Assembly: GCA_945869965.1 (NCBI GenBank)
Contig: CAMBRC010000003.1
Location: 27,816-91,815 of the forward strand
Reading direction: 5' to 3'
Origin: Asaia bogorensis
GTDB lineage: Bacteria; Pseudomonadota; Alphaproteobacteria; Acetobacterales; Acetobacteraceae
Length of the DNA: 64,000 nt
Of this stretch, positions 46,588-55,923 are shown in pieces. How positions within the stretch are numbered: the stretch's first letter is position 1; each line of letters opens with the position of its first letter. The translations under genes were made by a program, and so were the position numbers. The notes under the pieces were generated by a model. The model worked only from the letters and a program-made list of their open reading frames with translations. It ran no database searches and was not told the origin of the DNA.

Positions 46588-47400
46588 CGCGGCGGGGCGC
46601 GGCAGGAGTTCGGCGGCAGGTGCAGCGTCACCGTGTCGCCCTGCGCGGCCACAGCCCCCAGCCTCGTGCTCACCCGCATCAGCGGCCCGCCGTCCAGTTC
46701 GACCAGGTAGTCGCGTGCAGCACCGAGATAGGTATGCCGCACTACCGGCCGGTGAAGTGGTTGGTGGCCCCGTTCGGCTGCTGGCCCGCCAACATCTCGA
46801 TCTCATGTGGCCGGATCGATAGCCGCGTCTCGGCGCCGGTGCCGAGGTCAGCGGACCCATAGGCAATGGTGAGCGGCCCGGACCGCACCAGCACGTGGTC
46901 GCGCCGGCCGGCCCGCCAGGATGTTGGTGCCGCCGATGAAGCGAGCAACAAAATCGATCTCCGGCCGCAGGAACACACCCTTCGGCGCGTCGATCTGCTC
47001 GATGCGGCCGCCATTCATCACCACGATGCGATCCGCCGTCGTCATCGCCTCCAGCTGCTCGTGCGTCACATAGACGGTGGTGTGGCGAAATTCGTCGTGC
47101 AGGTTGGTGTCCAGGTTGGAGAGCGGCTCGTCCAGCAGCAGCGTTTCCGGCTCGACGATCAGGGCGCCAGCCACCGCCACGCGCTGCTGCTGTCCGCCAG
47201 ACAGCTCGCCGGGATAGCGCCCGCGCAACGCTTCGAGCTTGGCAATCCCCAGGATCAGCGCCAGCCGCCGCTCCACCTCAGCAGCTGAGGTCCGGCGTAG
47301 GCGCAACCCATGACGGATGGCCAAGTCCAAGCCGTCGGCAACCACATTCGACCCATAGGATTTGCGGATGCCGCGCAGTTCAACCCCTGTCCTCGGAGCT
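46584..47400 (-). pseudogene. ABC transporter ATP-binding protein with TOBE domain; Walker A region deleted, frameshifted
   Basis: N-terminal ELRGIRKSYGSNVVADGLDLAIRHG joins directly to LRLRRTSAAEVERR, so there is no P-loop. LSGGQQQRV and LLLDEPLSNLD are present. There are two further frame changes before the TOBE-like end. Confidence 0.65.
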
Positions 47401-47448
47401 TTGCCGAGGCCGACACTACAGGCTGGACTGCGGGTTCAGCCAGCGCGG

Positions 47449-48510
47449 CTACTGGCAGGTTTCGCCTTGGGCGATGGCGTTACCGCTGCGGGCGACCGGG
47501 CCGCGCAGATTATCCACGCCAGTAAAGCCGGAAATGCGATTGCCCGACACCGTGGCCTCGGCCGCCGGTGAACCGGGGTTGTGATACATCGCCATGCCCG
47601 GCGCGTTGTTGCAGATGCGGTTGCCGGTGATGCGCAGTTCCTTCACCCCCGGGCTGTCCGGGCCCTCGCCGATCTCCAGCGCGGTCACCAGCTTGCTGGG
47701 GTTGCAATTGCCGCAATTGGCGCCGGCGAAGACATTGCCCTCGACCGTCATCCGCGTGCCCTGGCCCAGCAGCAACTGGCCGCCGGGCGTGATACCGCCG
47801 GGCACATTCGGCACCGGCCAAAGTCCATGCCAATGATTGCCTTCGAACCGGTTGCGCCGCACCACTGCATCATCCACCCCTTGCAGCGCCACGCCATTGG
47901 CGCGCGCGCGGACAAAGCGCGAATCCTCCAGCACCAGGCGGTGCGAGGCGCCGTAGCGGAAATGCCCGGCGTAGAAGGCGATGATGCCAGCATCGGCGAC
48001 CTCGGAGCGACGGAAGGTGAAATCGTCGACGGTCCAAAGCTTGATGACATAGCCTTTGCCCGACAGCACCCGCACCCGATCCATAAGCACACCCTTGGTG
48101 TTGCCGATGTCGAAGGTGCTGGCGCAGGGCTTGTCCTTCAGCTCACACGGCGCCGCCCTGGCGTCCTCGTCGAAAGTGAGGTTGGCGACGGTAAGGTTCG
48201 GTGAGTTGCGCACCACCATCACGGCACAGCTCTTCTGGGCGGCTTCCCGGCGCAGGGTGTGGCCCTTGCCATCGATGGTCAGCCCGGCGATGCCCATGAC
48301 CCGCAACAGTGCCAGCCCGCCCGGACAGCACTCGCCGGCCGACCGGCACACGACATCCCTGGCGAAGTCGATCCGCCCGCCGGCGGCAGCGGCGCCCATG
48401 CAAGTCCGCAACGTGGCCACGTCGCTGACGCTGCAGGCCGCGCCCTGGGCCGCAGCCTGGCTCGACAAACAAGCCAGCACTATCGCGGCAAAGGCAACCA
48501 GGAAGCGCAT
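47449..48510 (-). CDS. secreted right-handed parallel beta-helix repeat protein
   Basis: Signal peptide MRFLVAFAAIVLACLSSQAAAQG. Repetitive N/G-rich beta-helix turns (VRRNRFEGN, TVEGNVFAG, ITGNRICNN, VSGNRISG). Cys-rich. Confidence 0.6.
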   Translation of the reverse strand: MRFLVAFAAIVLACLSSQAAAQGAACSVSDVATLRTCMGAAAAGGRIDFARDVVCRSAGECCPGGLALLRVMGIAGLTIDGKGHTLRREAAQKSCAVMVVRNSPNLTVANLTFDEDARAAPCELKDKPCASTFDIGNTKGVLMDRVRVLSGKGYVIKLWTVDDFTFRRSEVADAGIIAFYAGHFRYGASHRLVLEDSRFVRARANGVALQGVDDAVVRRNRFEGNHWHGLWPVPNVPGGITPGGQLLLGQGTRMTVEGNVFAGANCGNCNPSKLVTALEIGEGPDSPGVKELRITGNRICNNAPGMAMYHNPGSPAAEATVSGNRISGFTGVDNLRGPVARSGNAIAQGETCQ

Positions 48511-48520
48511 CCGCCCTGCC

Positions 48521-49465
48521 CTACAACGAAATGCGCAACCGCGCCGCGATCTCGCCAATAATGCCACGGCGGAACGCCAGCACACAGACCACGAACACCA
48601 CCCCCTGGGTCACCGTCACCCAGGCCCCGAACGGCGAAAGATAGTTCTGCATCGCAATCACGATCGCCGCCCCCACCACCGGCCCGAAGATCGTCCCCAT
48701 GCCGCCCACCAGCGCCATCAGGATGACCTCGCCGGACATCGGGTAGTTCACATCCGTCAGGGTCGCGATGCCGAACACCAAAGACTTGGTCCCGCCGGCC
48801 ACCCCGGCCAGCGCCGCCGACAGCACGAACACCATCAGCTTGTAGTCATCGGTCCGATACCCCAGCGACATCGCCCGCGGCTCGTTCTCGCGGATCGCCT
48901 TCAACACCTGGCCGAACGGCGAATGGACAATCCGATGGATCAACAGGAACCCGCCCAGGAAGATCGTTGCCACCACCCAGTAGAGCGACATGTCCGAATT
49001 CATCGAGATTACCCCGAACAGCTCCCCGCGCGGCACCTGCTGGATGCCATCCTCGCCGCCGGTGAAGTCCATCTGGGTGCAAACGAAATATGCCATCTGC
49101 GCCAAGGCCAAGGTGATCATCGCGAAGTAGATCCCCTGCCGCCGGATCGCCAGCCAGCCGAACACCAGCCCCAGCATCGCCCCGCCGACACCGCCCAGGA
49201 TGATCGCCAACTCCGGCGTCAGGCCCCAGACCTTGGCACTATGGGCGGTGATGTACCCACCCATGCCGAAGAACGCCGCATGACCGAAACTGCCGAGCCC
49301 GACATAGCCGATCAAAAGATTGAAGGCACAGGCGAACAGCGCGAAGCACATCACCTTCATCAGAAAGACGGGATACAGCACCATGGGGGCGATCACGATC
49401 ACCGCCGCCATCACCAGGAAGGCATAGGACTGGGCCCGCGAGAAACCGAGGAAACCACCGCTCAT
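48521..49465 (-). CDS. branched-chain amino acid-type (HAAT) ABC transporter permease, LivM-like
   Basis: Start at MSGGFLGFSR. NLLIGYVGLGSFGHAAFFGMGGY motif and multiple TM helices. Confidence 0.75.
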   Translation of the reverse strand: MSGGFLGFSRAQSYAFLVMAAVIVIAPMVLYPVFLMKVMCFALFACAFNLLIGYVGLGSFGHAAFFGMGGYITAHSAKVWGLTPELAIILGGVGGAMLGLVFGWLAIRRQGIYFAMITLALAQMAYFVCTQMDFTGGEDGIQQVPRGELFGVISMNSDMSLYWVVATIFLGGFLLIHRIVHSPFGQVLKAIRENEPRAMSLGYRTDDYKLMVFVLSAALAGVAGGTKSLVFGIATLTDVNYPMSGEVILMALVGGMGTIFGPVVGAAIVIAMQNYLSPFGAWVTVTQGVVFVVCVLAFRRGIIGEIAARLRISL

Positions 49466-49466
49466 G

Positions 49467-50354
49467 TCAGTGCGCCCGTCCAAAGAGACCGGCTGGTCTG
49501 ACCAGCAACACAATCACCATCACCACGAAGATCACCACCGCCGAACCTTCGGGATAGAACACCTTGGTCAACCCCTCGATGACCCCCAACCCAAACCCGG
49601 TCACGATCGAGCCCATGATCGAGCCCATGCCGCCGATCACCACCACCGCAAACACCACGATGATCAGGTTGGCCCCCATGTTCGGGTTCACCGAATAGAT
49701 CGGTGCCGCCAACACCCCGGCAAACGCCGCCAGCGCGGCACCCGCGGCATAGGTCAGGGTGATCATCAGCGGCACGTTGATGCCGAAGGACTGCACCAGC
49801 GGCGCATTCTCCGTCGCCGCCCGCAGCTTGGCCCCCAGCGAGGTCTTCTCGATCACCAGCCAGACCGCGATGCACATGAACAACGAGGCCACCACAACCC
49901 AGGCGCGGTAGTTCGGCAGGATCATGAAGCCCAGATTGGTCGCGCCCTGGAACGCCGACGGGATCCGGTATGGCATGCCGGAACTGCCGAACTCGTTGCG
50001 CGCCAGCCCCTCGATGATCAGCGCCAGGCCAAAGGTCAGCAGCAAGCCATACAGATGGTCCAGCTTGTATAGTTTGTTGATGAAGAACTTCTCCAACAAC
50101 ACCCCGAACGCCCCCACGATCAGCGGCGCCAGCAGCAAGGCCCACCAATAGCCGATGCCCAGGAACTGCAGCAGCGCCCACGCCACGAAGGCCCCCAGCA
50201 TGAACAGCGCGCCATGCGCGAAGTTCACGATGTTCAGCATGCCGAAGATGATCGCCAGCCCCAGCGACAACAGCGCATAGAACGCGCCATTGATCAGCCC
50301 AAGCAGAAGCTGGCCGAACAGCAGCGGTGCGGGAATTCCCAGGATCATCATCAT
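49467..50354 (-). CDS. branched-chain amino acid-type (HAAT) ABC transporter permease, LivH-like
   Basis: LINGAFYALLSLGLAIIFGMLNIVNFAHG motif. Confidence 0.75.
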   Translation of the reverse strand: MMMILGIPAPLLFGQLLLGLINGAFYALLSLGLAIIFGMLNIVNFAHGALFMLGAFVAWALLQFLGIGYWWALLLAPLIVGAFGVLLEKFFINKLYKLDHLYGLLLTFGLALIIEGLARNEFGSSGMPYRIPSAFQGATNLGFMILPNYRAWVVVASLFMCIAVWLVIEKTSLGAKLRAATENAPLVQSFGINVPLMITLTYAAGAALAAFAGVLAAPIYSVNPNMGANLIIVVFAVVVIGGMGSIMGSIVTGFGLGVIEGLTKVFYPEGSAVVIFVVMVIVLLVRPAGLFGRAH

Positions 50355-50379
50355 GGCGCGGGTCTCTCGTCCTCGGCGA

Positions 50380-51600
50380 TCAGGCCTTGACCAGCGGGCA
50401 GTTGCCCTGGCCGATCGGGCGGAACGCCTCCTCGGCGGGGGTGGTGCCGATCAGGTTGTAGTAGTCCCAGGCCCCCTTGCTCTCGCTCGGCTTCTTGACG
50501 CGGAACAGATAGGACGGATGGATCTTGCGGCCATCGGCGCGGATCAGGCCGGGGCCGAACGCATCGTCATCCGTCGGCATCTTCTTCAGCGCCTCGATCG
50601 CCGCCCGGCCATCCGCCTTCATCTGCGCCACACCCACGGTCGCCGCAGTCTTGAGGTAGTGCATCGTCGCCGAATACGGCCCGGCCTGTTGCATCGTCGC
50701 CCGGCGGGCCGGCATCCGCGGCTTGAGGCGCTCCGAGAACGCACGGGTGCGCGGGTTCAGGTCCCAATAGAACGCTTCCGTCAGCACCAGCCCCTCGCAC
50801 ACGTCCAGCCCCAGCGAATGAATGTCGGAAATCACCACCAGCAGGCCGCCGAGGGTGGCCTTGATACCGAATTCCTTGGCCTGCTTGATGCAGTTGGTGG
50901 CATCGGTTCCGGCATTGGCCAGGCCGATCACCTTGGCGCCGCTGGCCTGGGCCTGCAGCAGGAAGGACGAGAAATCGCTGGTGCCCGGGAACGGCGTGCG
51001 AACGCCCCCTAGCACCTTGCCGCCCGCCTGTTCGACGAAACTGCCGGTGTCGCGCGCCAAAGCGTGGCCGAAGGCATAGTCCGCGGTAATGAAGAACCAG
51101 CGATCACCGCCCGCCTTGACCATCGCCCCGCCGGTCGACTTGGCGAGCATGTAGGTGTCGTAGACCCAGTGGATGGTGTTGGCGTTGCAAGCCGGACCCG
51201 TGAGATCCGAGGTGGCCGGCCCGGTGGCGAGATACGCCTTGTTCTTGTCGCGCGACACGCCGGACACGGCCAGCGCCACCGCCGAGCTGCCGCCCTCGGT
51301 GATCATGTCCACGCCGTCGCGATCATACCATTGGCGGGTGATGTTGGAGCCGACATCGGCCTTGTTCTGATGGTCACCGACGACGATCTCGACATCGATG
51401 CCGCGTGCCGCGACGCCGGAATCCACTACCGCCTGGCGCACCGCCTCGACCGCGAGGGGGCCCACGATGTCCTGGTAAAGCCCGGCAAGGTCGGTCAGCA
51501 CACCAATCTTGAGCGAGGAGCGCTGGGCGCGGGCGCGCGACAGCGGCACGGCGGTGGCGACGGCGGCGGTGCCCAACAGGGCGCGGCGGGATAGGGACAT
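50380..51600 (-). CDS. ABC transporter substrate-binding protein (Leu/Ile/Val-binding-like), paralog 1
   Basis: Start at MSLSRRALLGTAAVATAVPLSRARA (Tat-like), then LKIGVLTDLAGLY. It is paralogous to the upstream SBP. Confidence 0.75.
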   Translation of the reverse strand: MSLSRRALLGTAAVATAVPLSRARAQRSSLKIGVLTDLAGLYQDIVGPLAVEAVRQAVVDSGVAARGIDVEIVVGDHQNKADVGSNITRQWYDRDGVDMITEGGSSAVALAVSGVSRDKNKAYLATGPATSDLTGPACNANTIHWVYDTYMLAKSTGGAMVKAGGDRWFFITADYAFGHALARDTGSFVEQAGGKVLGGVRTPFPGTSDFSSFLLQAQASGAKVIGLANAGTDATNCIKQAKEFGIKATLGGLLVVISDIHSLGLDVCEGLVLTEAFYWDLNPRTRAFSERLKPRMPARRATMQQAGPYSATMHYLKTAATVGVAQMKADGRAAIEALKKMPTDDDAFGPGLIRADGRKIHPSYLFRVKKPSESKGAWDYYNLIGTTPAEEAFRPIGQGNCPLVKA

Positions 51601-51688
51601 TTCGATCTCCAACGAGCGGTCTGTTGCCGCGTTCGGGCGGGGAAGCAGGCGATCGCCCGGCCGGGGTGCCCGGCCGGGCGATGCAGGG

Positions 51689-52918
51689 TCAGGCCTTGAC
51701 CAGCGGGCAAAGGCCGGCGCTGATCGGCCGGAAGGCTTCCTCGGCCGGGGTGCTGGCCAGCACCTTGTAGTAGTCGTAGGGGGCCTTGCTCTCGGAGGGC
51801 TTCTTGACCTCGAACAGGTAGGACGGGTGGAGCTTGCGGCCGTCCTCGCGGATGATGCCGCTGCCGAAGCAGTCGTCATCGGCCGGCATCTTCTTCATCT
51901 GCGCGATCGCGGCGGCACCATCGGCCTTGGCGGCGGCATAGCCCATCTCCTTGGCCGCCTTCAGGTAGTGCAGCACGCTGGAGTAGTTGCCGGCCTGGAC
52001 CATCGACGGCCGCTTGCCCTGCATGCGCGGGCTGTAGCGGCTGGAGAAGGCGCGGGTCCGGTCGTTCAGATCCCAGTAGAAGCTCTCCGACAGGATCAGG
52101 CCCTGGCACACATCCAGCCCCAGCGCGTGGACGTCGGACAGGAAGACCAGCAGGCCGGCGACCTTCATGGTGATGCCGAACTCCTTGGCCTGCTTGATGC
52201 AGTTGATGGTGTCGGTGCCGGCATTGGCCAGGCCGAGCACCTTGGCGCGCGAGGCCTGGGCCTGGATCAGGAAGGAGGAGAAATCGGTGGTGCCGGGAAA
52301 CGGCGTGCGCACCGCGCCGGCGACACGGCCGCCAGCGTTCTTCACGAAGTCGCTGACGTCGCGTTCGAGGGCGTGGCCGAAGGCGTAGTCGGCGGTGAGG
52401 AAGAACCAGCTGTCGCCGCCGGCCTTCACCATGGCGCCGCCGGTGGACTTGGCCAGCATGTAGGTGTCGTACACCCAGTGGATGGTGTTGGCGTTGCAGG
52501 CCTTGCCGGAGATGTCGGAGCTTGCGGCGCCGGTGGCGATGACCGCCTTGTTCTTCTCGCGGCCGATGCCGGAGACGGCGAGCGCCACAGCGGAGTTCGA
52601 CAGGTCGATGATCAGGTCGACGCCGTCGCGGTCGAACCACTGGCGCGCGGTGCCGGCGGCGATGTCGGCCTTGTTCTGGTGGTCGGCCGAGACGATTTCG
52701 ACGCGGGCGCCGGGGTTGGCGGCCATGAACTCGCTGGCGACCAGGTTGGTGGCGGAAATCGAGCCGGGGCCGGCGAGATCCTGGTACGGGCCGGACATGT
52801 CGGTCAGCACACCGATCTTGATGGTGCTGGCCTGGGCGCGCGCCGTGGCGAAGGGAAGGGCGGTGGCGGAACCGACGACGGCGGCGGTGCCGAGAAGCGA
52901 ACGACGTGAAAGGCGCAT
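51689..52918 (-). CDS. ABC transporter substrate-binding protein (Leu/Ile/Val-binding-like), paralog 2
   Basis: MRLSRRSLLGTAAVVGSATALPFATARA, then IKIGVLTDMSGPY. It is collinear with paralog 1 along its full length. Confidence 0.75.
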   Translation of the reverse strand: MRLSRRSLLGTAAVVGSATALPFATARAQASTIKIGVLTDMSGPYQDLAGPGSISATNLVASEFMAANPGARVEIVSADHQNKADIAAGTARQWFDRDGVDLIIDLSNSAVALAVSGIGREKNKAVIATGAASSDISGKACNANTIHWVYDTYMLAKSTGGAMVKAGGDSWFFLTADYAFGHALERDVSDFVKNAGGRVAGAVRTPFPGTTDFSSFLIQAQASRAKVLGLANAGTDTINCIKQAKEFGITMKVAGLLVFLSDVHALGLDVCQGLILSESFYWDLNDRTRAFSSRYSPRMQGKRPSMVQAGNYSSVLHYLKAAKEMGYAAAKADGAAAIAQMKKMPADDDCFGSGIIREDGRKLHPSYLFEVKKPSESKAPYDYYKVLASTPAEEAFRPISAGLCPLVKA

Positions 52919-53020
52919 GATGTCACAGTCTCCCTGATGATGGAGGCGGCCGCTTGTGGTGGCGGCTTCGCCGGGGGGGTGGGCACGATGGCGCTGGCGG
53001 ATCAGGCGCCGCGGTGTCGG

Positions 53021-53728
53021 CTAGACACCGAGGTAGTCATGGAGCTTGTCCATGTTTCGATCGAGCTCGGCATTGGGGATCATGTCGATCACGCGGCCAT
53101 GCTCCATCACATAGTGCCGATCCGCCACGGTGGCGGCGAAGCGGAAATTCTGTTCCACCAGCAGCACGGTGAAGCCGAGCGCCTTGATCTCGCGGATGGT
53201 GCGGCCAATCTGCTGCACGATCACCGGGGCCAGGCCCTCGGTGGGTTCATCCAGCAACAGGAGGCGGGCGCCGGTGCGCAGGATACGGGCAATCGCCAGC
53301 ATCTGCTGCTCGCCGCCGGACAGCTTGGTGCCCTGGCTGCGCGCGCGTTCCTTGAGGTTGGGGAACAGGGTGTAGATCCGGTCGAGATCGAGCCCGCCCT
53401 CGGCGATCTTCGGCGGCAGCATCATGTTCTCGGTCACGTCGAGCGAGGCGAAGATGCCGCGCTCCTCGGGACAGAAGGCGATGCCGCGACGGGCGATGAG
53501 GTCCGGGCGGAGCTGGCCGATCTCGTCGCCGCGAAACCTGATCGAGCCGGCGCGGCGGCCTACCAGGCCCATGATGGATTTCATCGTGGTAGTCTTGCCG
53601 GCGCCGTTGCGGCCCAGCAGGGTCACCACCTCACCCTCGGCGACGTCGAAGGATACGCCGTGCAGGATATGGCTCTCGCCGTACCAGGCATTCAGGTCGG
53701 AGATCTGGAGCATCGGCGCGTCAGCCAT
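53021..53728 (-). CDS. HAAT-family ABC transporter ATP-binding protein, LivF-like
   Basis: Walker A GRNGAGKTT, signature LSGGEQQML, Walker B LLLLDEPTEGL. Confidence 0.8.
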   Translation of the reverse strand: MADAPMLQISDLNAWYGESHILHGVSFDVAEGEVVTLLGRNGAGKTTTMKSIMGLVGRRAGSIRFRGDEIGQLRPDLIARRGIAFCPEERGIFASLDVTENMMLPPKIAEGGLDLDRIYTLFPNLKERARSQGTKLSGGEQQMLAIARILRTGARLLLLDEPTEGLAPVIVQQIGRTIREIKALGFTVLLVEQNFRFAATVADRHYVMEHGRVIDMIPNAELDRNMDKLHDYLGV

Positions 53729-54491
53729 CGGCGGTTCCCAGATAGGCCGCGATCACATCGGGGTTGCGCGACACGGTGGCATAGTCGCCCTCGGCCAGCA
53801 CGCGGCCGCGGGTGAGCACGGTGATGGTATCGCACAGCCCCTCCACCACCGACAGATTGTGCTCGACCATCAGGATGGTGCGCCCGGTGCGGATGCGCTG
53901 GATCAGCGCCACGGTGCGGTCCACGTCCTCATGCGTCATGCCGGCGGTGGGCTCGTCCAGCAGCATCATCTCGGGGTCGAGCGCCAGGGTGGTGGCGATC
54001 TCAAGCGCGCGCTTGCGACCATAGGGCAGTTCGACCGCGGTCCGCTCGATGTAGTCGGAGAGGCCGACATCCTCCAGCAATTCGCGGGCGCGCTCGTCAT
54101 AGACCGCCAGCACGGCTTCGGAGCGCCAGAAATCGAAGCTGGCGCCGCGGGCGCGCTGGAGGGCGAGACGGACATTCTCCAGCACGGTCAGATGCGGAAA
54201 CACCGCCGAGATCTGGAAGCTGCGCACCAGGCCGAGCCGGGCGATATCGGCGGGCTTGCGGCCGGTGATGTCCTGACCCTTGAAGCGGATGGAGCCGCGC
54301 GTGGGTTCCAGGAAATGGGTGAGGAGATTGAAGCAGGTGGTCTTGCCGGCACCGTTGGGGCCGATCAGGGCGTGGATCGAGCCCTTCTCGACGCGCAGCG
54401 ATACCTCGTCCACGGCGACGAAGCCTCGGAACTCCTTGGTCAGACCCACGGTCTCAAGGATGGTGTCGCTCAAGCTCGGTTGCCTCCCCAT
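53721..54491 (-). CDS. HAAT-family ABC transporter ATP-binding protein, LivG-like
   Basis: Walker A GPNGAGKTT, a degenerate signature LPYGRKRALEIA, Walker B MMLLDEPTAGM. Confidence 0.8.
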   Translation of the reverse strand: MGRQPSLSDTILETVGLTKEFRGFVAVDEVSLRVEKGSIHALIGPNGAGKTTCFNLLTHFLEPTRGSIRFKGQDITGRKPADIARLGLVRSFQISAVFPHLTVLENVRLALQRARGASFDFWRSEAVLAVYDERARELLEDVGLSDYIERTAVELPYGRKRALEIATTLALDPEMMLLDEPTAGMTHEDVDRTVALIQRIRTGRTILMVEHNLSVVEGLCDTITVLTRGRVLAEGDYATVSRNPDVIAAYLGTADG

Positions 54492-54573
54492 ACCTCAATC
54501 GGGCTGCTGAGTTGCATATCGCACGCAGCAGCGCAAGATTGTTTCAACGATTACCTAGGATGCGAGGCGGGAA

Positions 54574-55056
54574 ATGCCAGGGCTGTGGTTCGAGGATCTG
54601 ACGGAAGGAAAGGTAGTGGATGCGGAGTGGAGCCGCACCGTCACCGAATCCGACAATGTGATGTTCTGTGCGATGACGATGAACGTGCAGAAATTGCATC
54701 TGGATGCGGAGTTCGCGGCGGCCACGGAGTACGGCCGGCCGCTGGTGAATTCGATCTTCACGTTGGGGCTAATGATCGGGATGAGCGTGCACAATCTCAC
54801 CGACGGCACGACGCTGGGCAATCTCGGCATGACGGACACGATCTTTCCGAATCCGGTCTTCGCCGGCGACACTATCCGCGCCCTCAGCACGGTGGTGGCG
54901 GCGCGTGCCAGCAAGTCGCGGCCTGATGCCGGCATCGTCACCTTCCGCCACGAGGCGTTCAACCAGAAGGGCCAGCTGGTGGCGAAATGCGAGCGGCAAG
55001 CCTTGATGAAGCGCCGCCCTGCCCCGGGTGCCCCAACCCTGGTTCCCCGGGCATGA
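54574..55056 (+). CDS. MaoC family (R-specific) enoyl-CoA hydratase/dehydratase
   Basis: 160-aa hot-dog fold pattern: FEDLTEG...TVTESD...FAAATEYGRPLVNS. Confidence 0.7.
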   Translation: MPGLWFEDLTEGKVVDAEWSRTVTESDNVMFCAMTMNVQKLHLDAEFAAATEYGRPLVNSIFTLGLMIGMSVHNLTDGTTLGNLGMTDTIFPNPVFAGDTIRALSTVVAARASKSRPDAGIVTFRHEAFNQKGQLVAKCERQALMKRRPAPGAPTLVPRA

Positions 55057-55919
55057 AAATCCGTAGCCTGTTGTTCGCCCCCGGCGATTCCGCCCGCAAG
55101 ATCGACAAGGCGTTGGGCATCGGCGCCGACGGCGTGATCCTCGACCTCGAGGACTCGGTCGCCGCCGCCGCCAAGGACGCCGCCCGCGCACAGGTCGCCG
55201 ACCGCCTGCCGGGGCTGGCCGCGCGCGGCGACATCGTGGTGCGGGTGAACCCGCGCGGCACCCAATGGTATCTAGGCGACCTCGCCGCCGTGGTCGCCGG
55301 CCGCCCAGCGGCGATCCTGCTGCCGAAATGCACGGGACCAGAGGATCTTGCCGCCTTGGATCATCACCTGGAAATCCTGGAGGTCGCGGCTGGCCATCCA
55401 GTGGGCGGCATCAAGGTGCTGGCCCTGGTCACCGAGACGGCGGCCTCGCTGCTCGCCATGCCTGGGCCGGGTGCGGCCGGCATGGCCCGCGTACTGGCCT
55501 TCTGCTTCGGCGCCGAGGACTTGTCCTCGGACCTCGGCATCCCGCCGCGCCTGCCCGATCAGTCCTATCCCGCCGCCATCGCCCATGCGCGCGCCGCCAT
55601 GCTGGTCGCCGCCGCCGCCGCCGGAGTGGCCGCCCTGGACACGCCCTGGCCCGACCATCGCGACCCCATCGGCCTGGTCCGTGAAGCCGCCAGCGCCGCC
55701 GCCGACGGTTTCACCGGCAAAGTCTGCATCCACCCGGACCAGGTCGGCCCGATCAACGCCGCCTTCACCCCCGACCCCGCCCGCATCGATTGGGCGCAGA
55801 AGGTCCGCGACGGCTTCGCCGCCAATCCACAAGCCGGCGTCTTCGCGCTCGACGGCAAGATGATCGACCGGCCGCATCTGCGCCTGGCCGAACGCATCTT
55901 GGCGGCAGCGGGAGCCTAG
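55053..55919 (+). CDS. HpcH/HpaI aldolase-CitE family CoA-ester lyase
   Basis: ATG overlaps the upstream stop (ATGA). SLLFAPGD, DGVILDLEDSV and CIHPDQV motifs of the citrate lyase beta / malyl-CoA lyase family. Confidence 0.75.
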   Translation: MKIRSLLFAPGDSARKIDKALGIGADGVILDLEDSVAAAAKDAARAQVADRLPGLAARGDIVVRVNPRGTQWYLGDLAAVVAGRPAAILLPKCTGPEDLAALDHHLEILEVAAGHPVGGIKVLALVTETAASLLAMPGPGAAGMARVLAFCFGAEDLSSDLGIPPRLPDQSYPAAIAHARAAMLVAAAAAGVAALDTPWPDHRDPIGLVREAASAAADGFTGKVCIHPDQVGPINAAFTPDPARIDWAQKVRDGFAANPQAGVFALDGKMIDRPHLRLAERILAAAGA

Positions 55920-55923
55920 CCAC

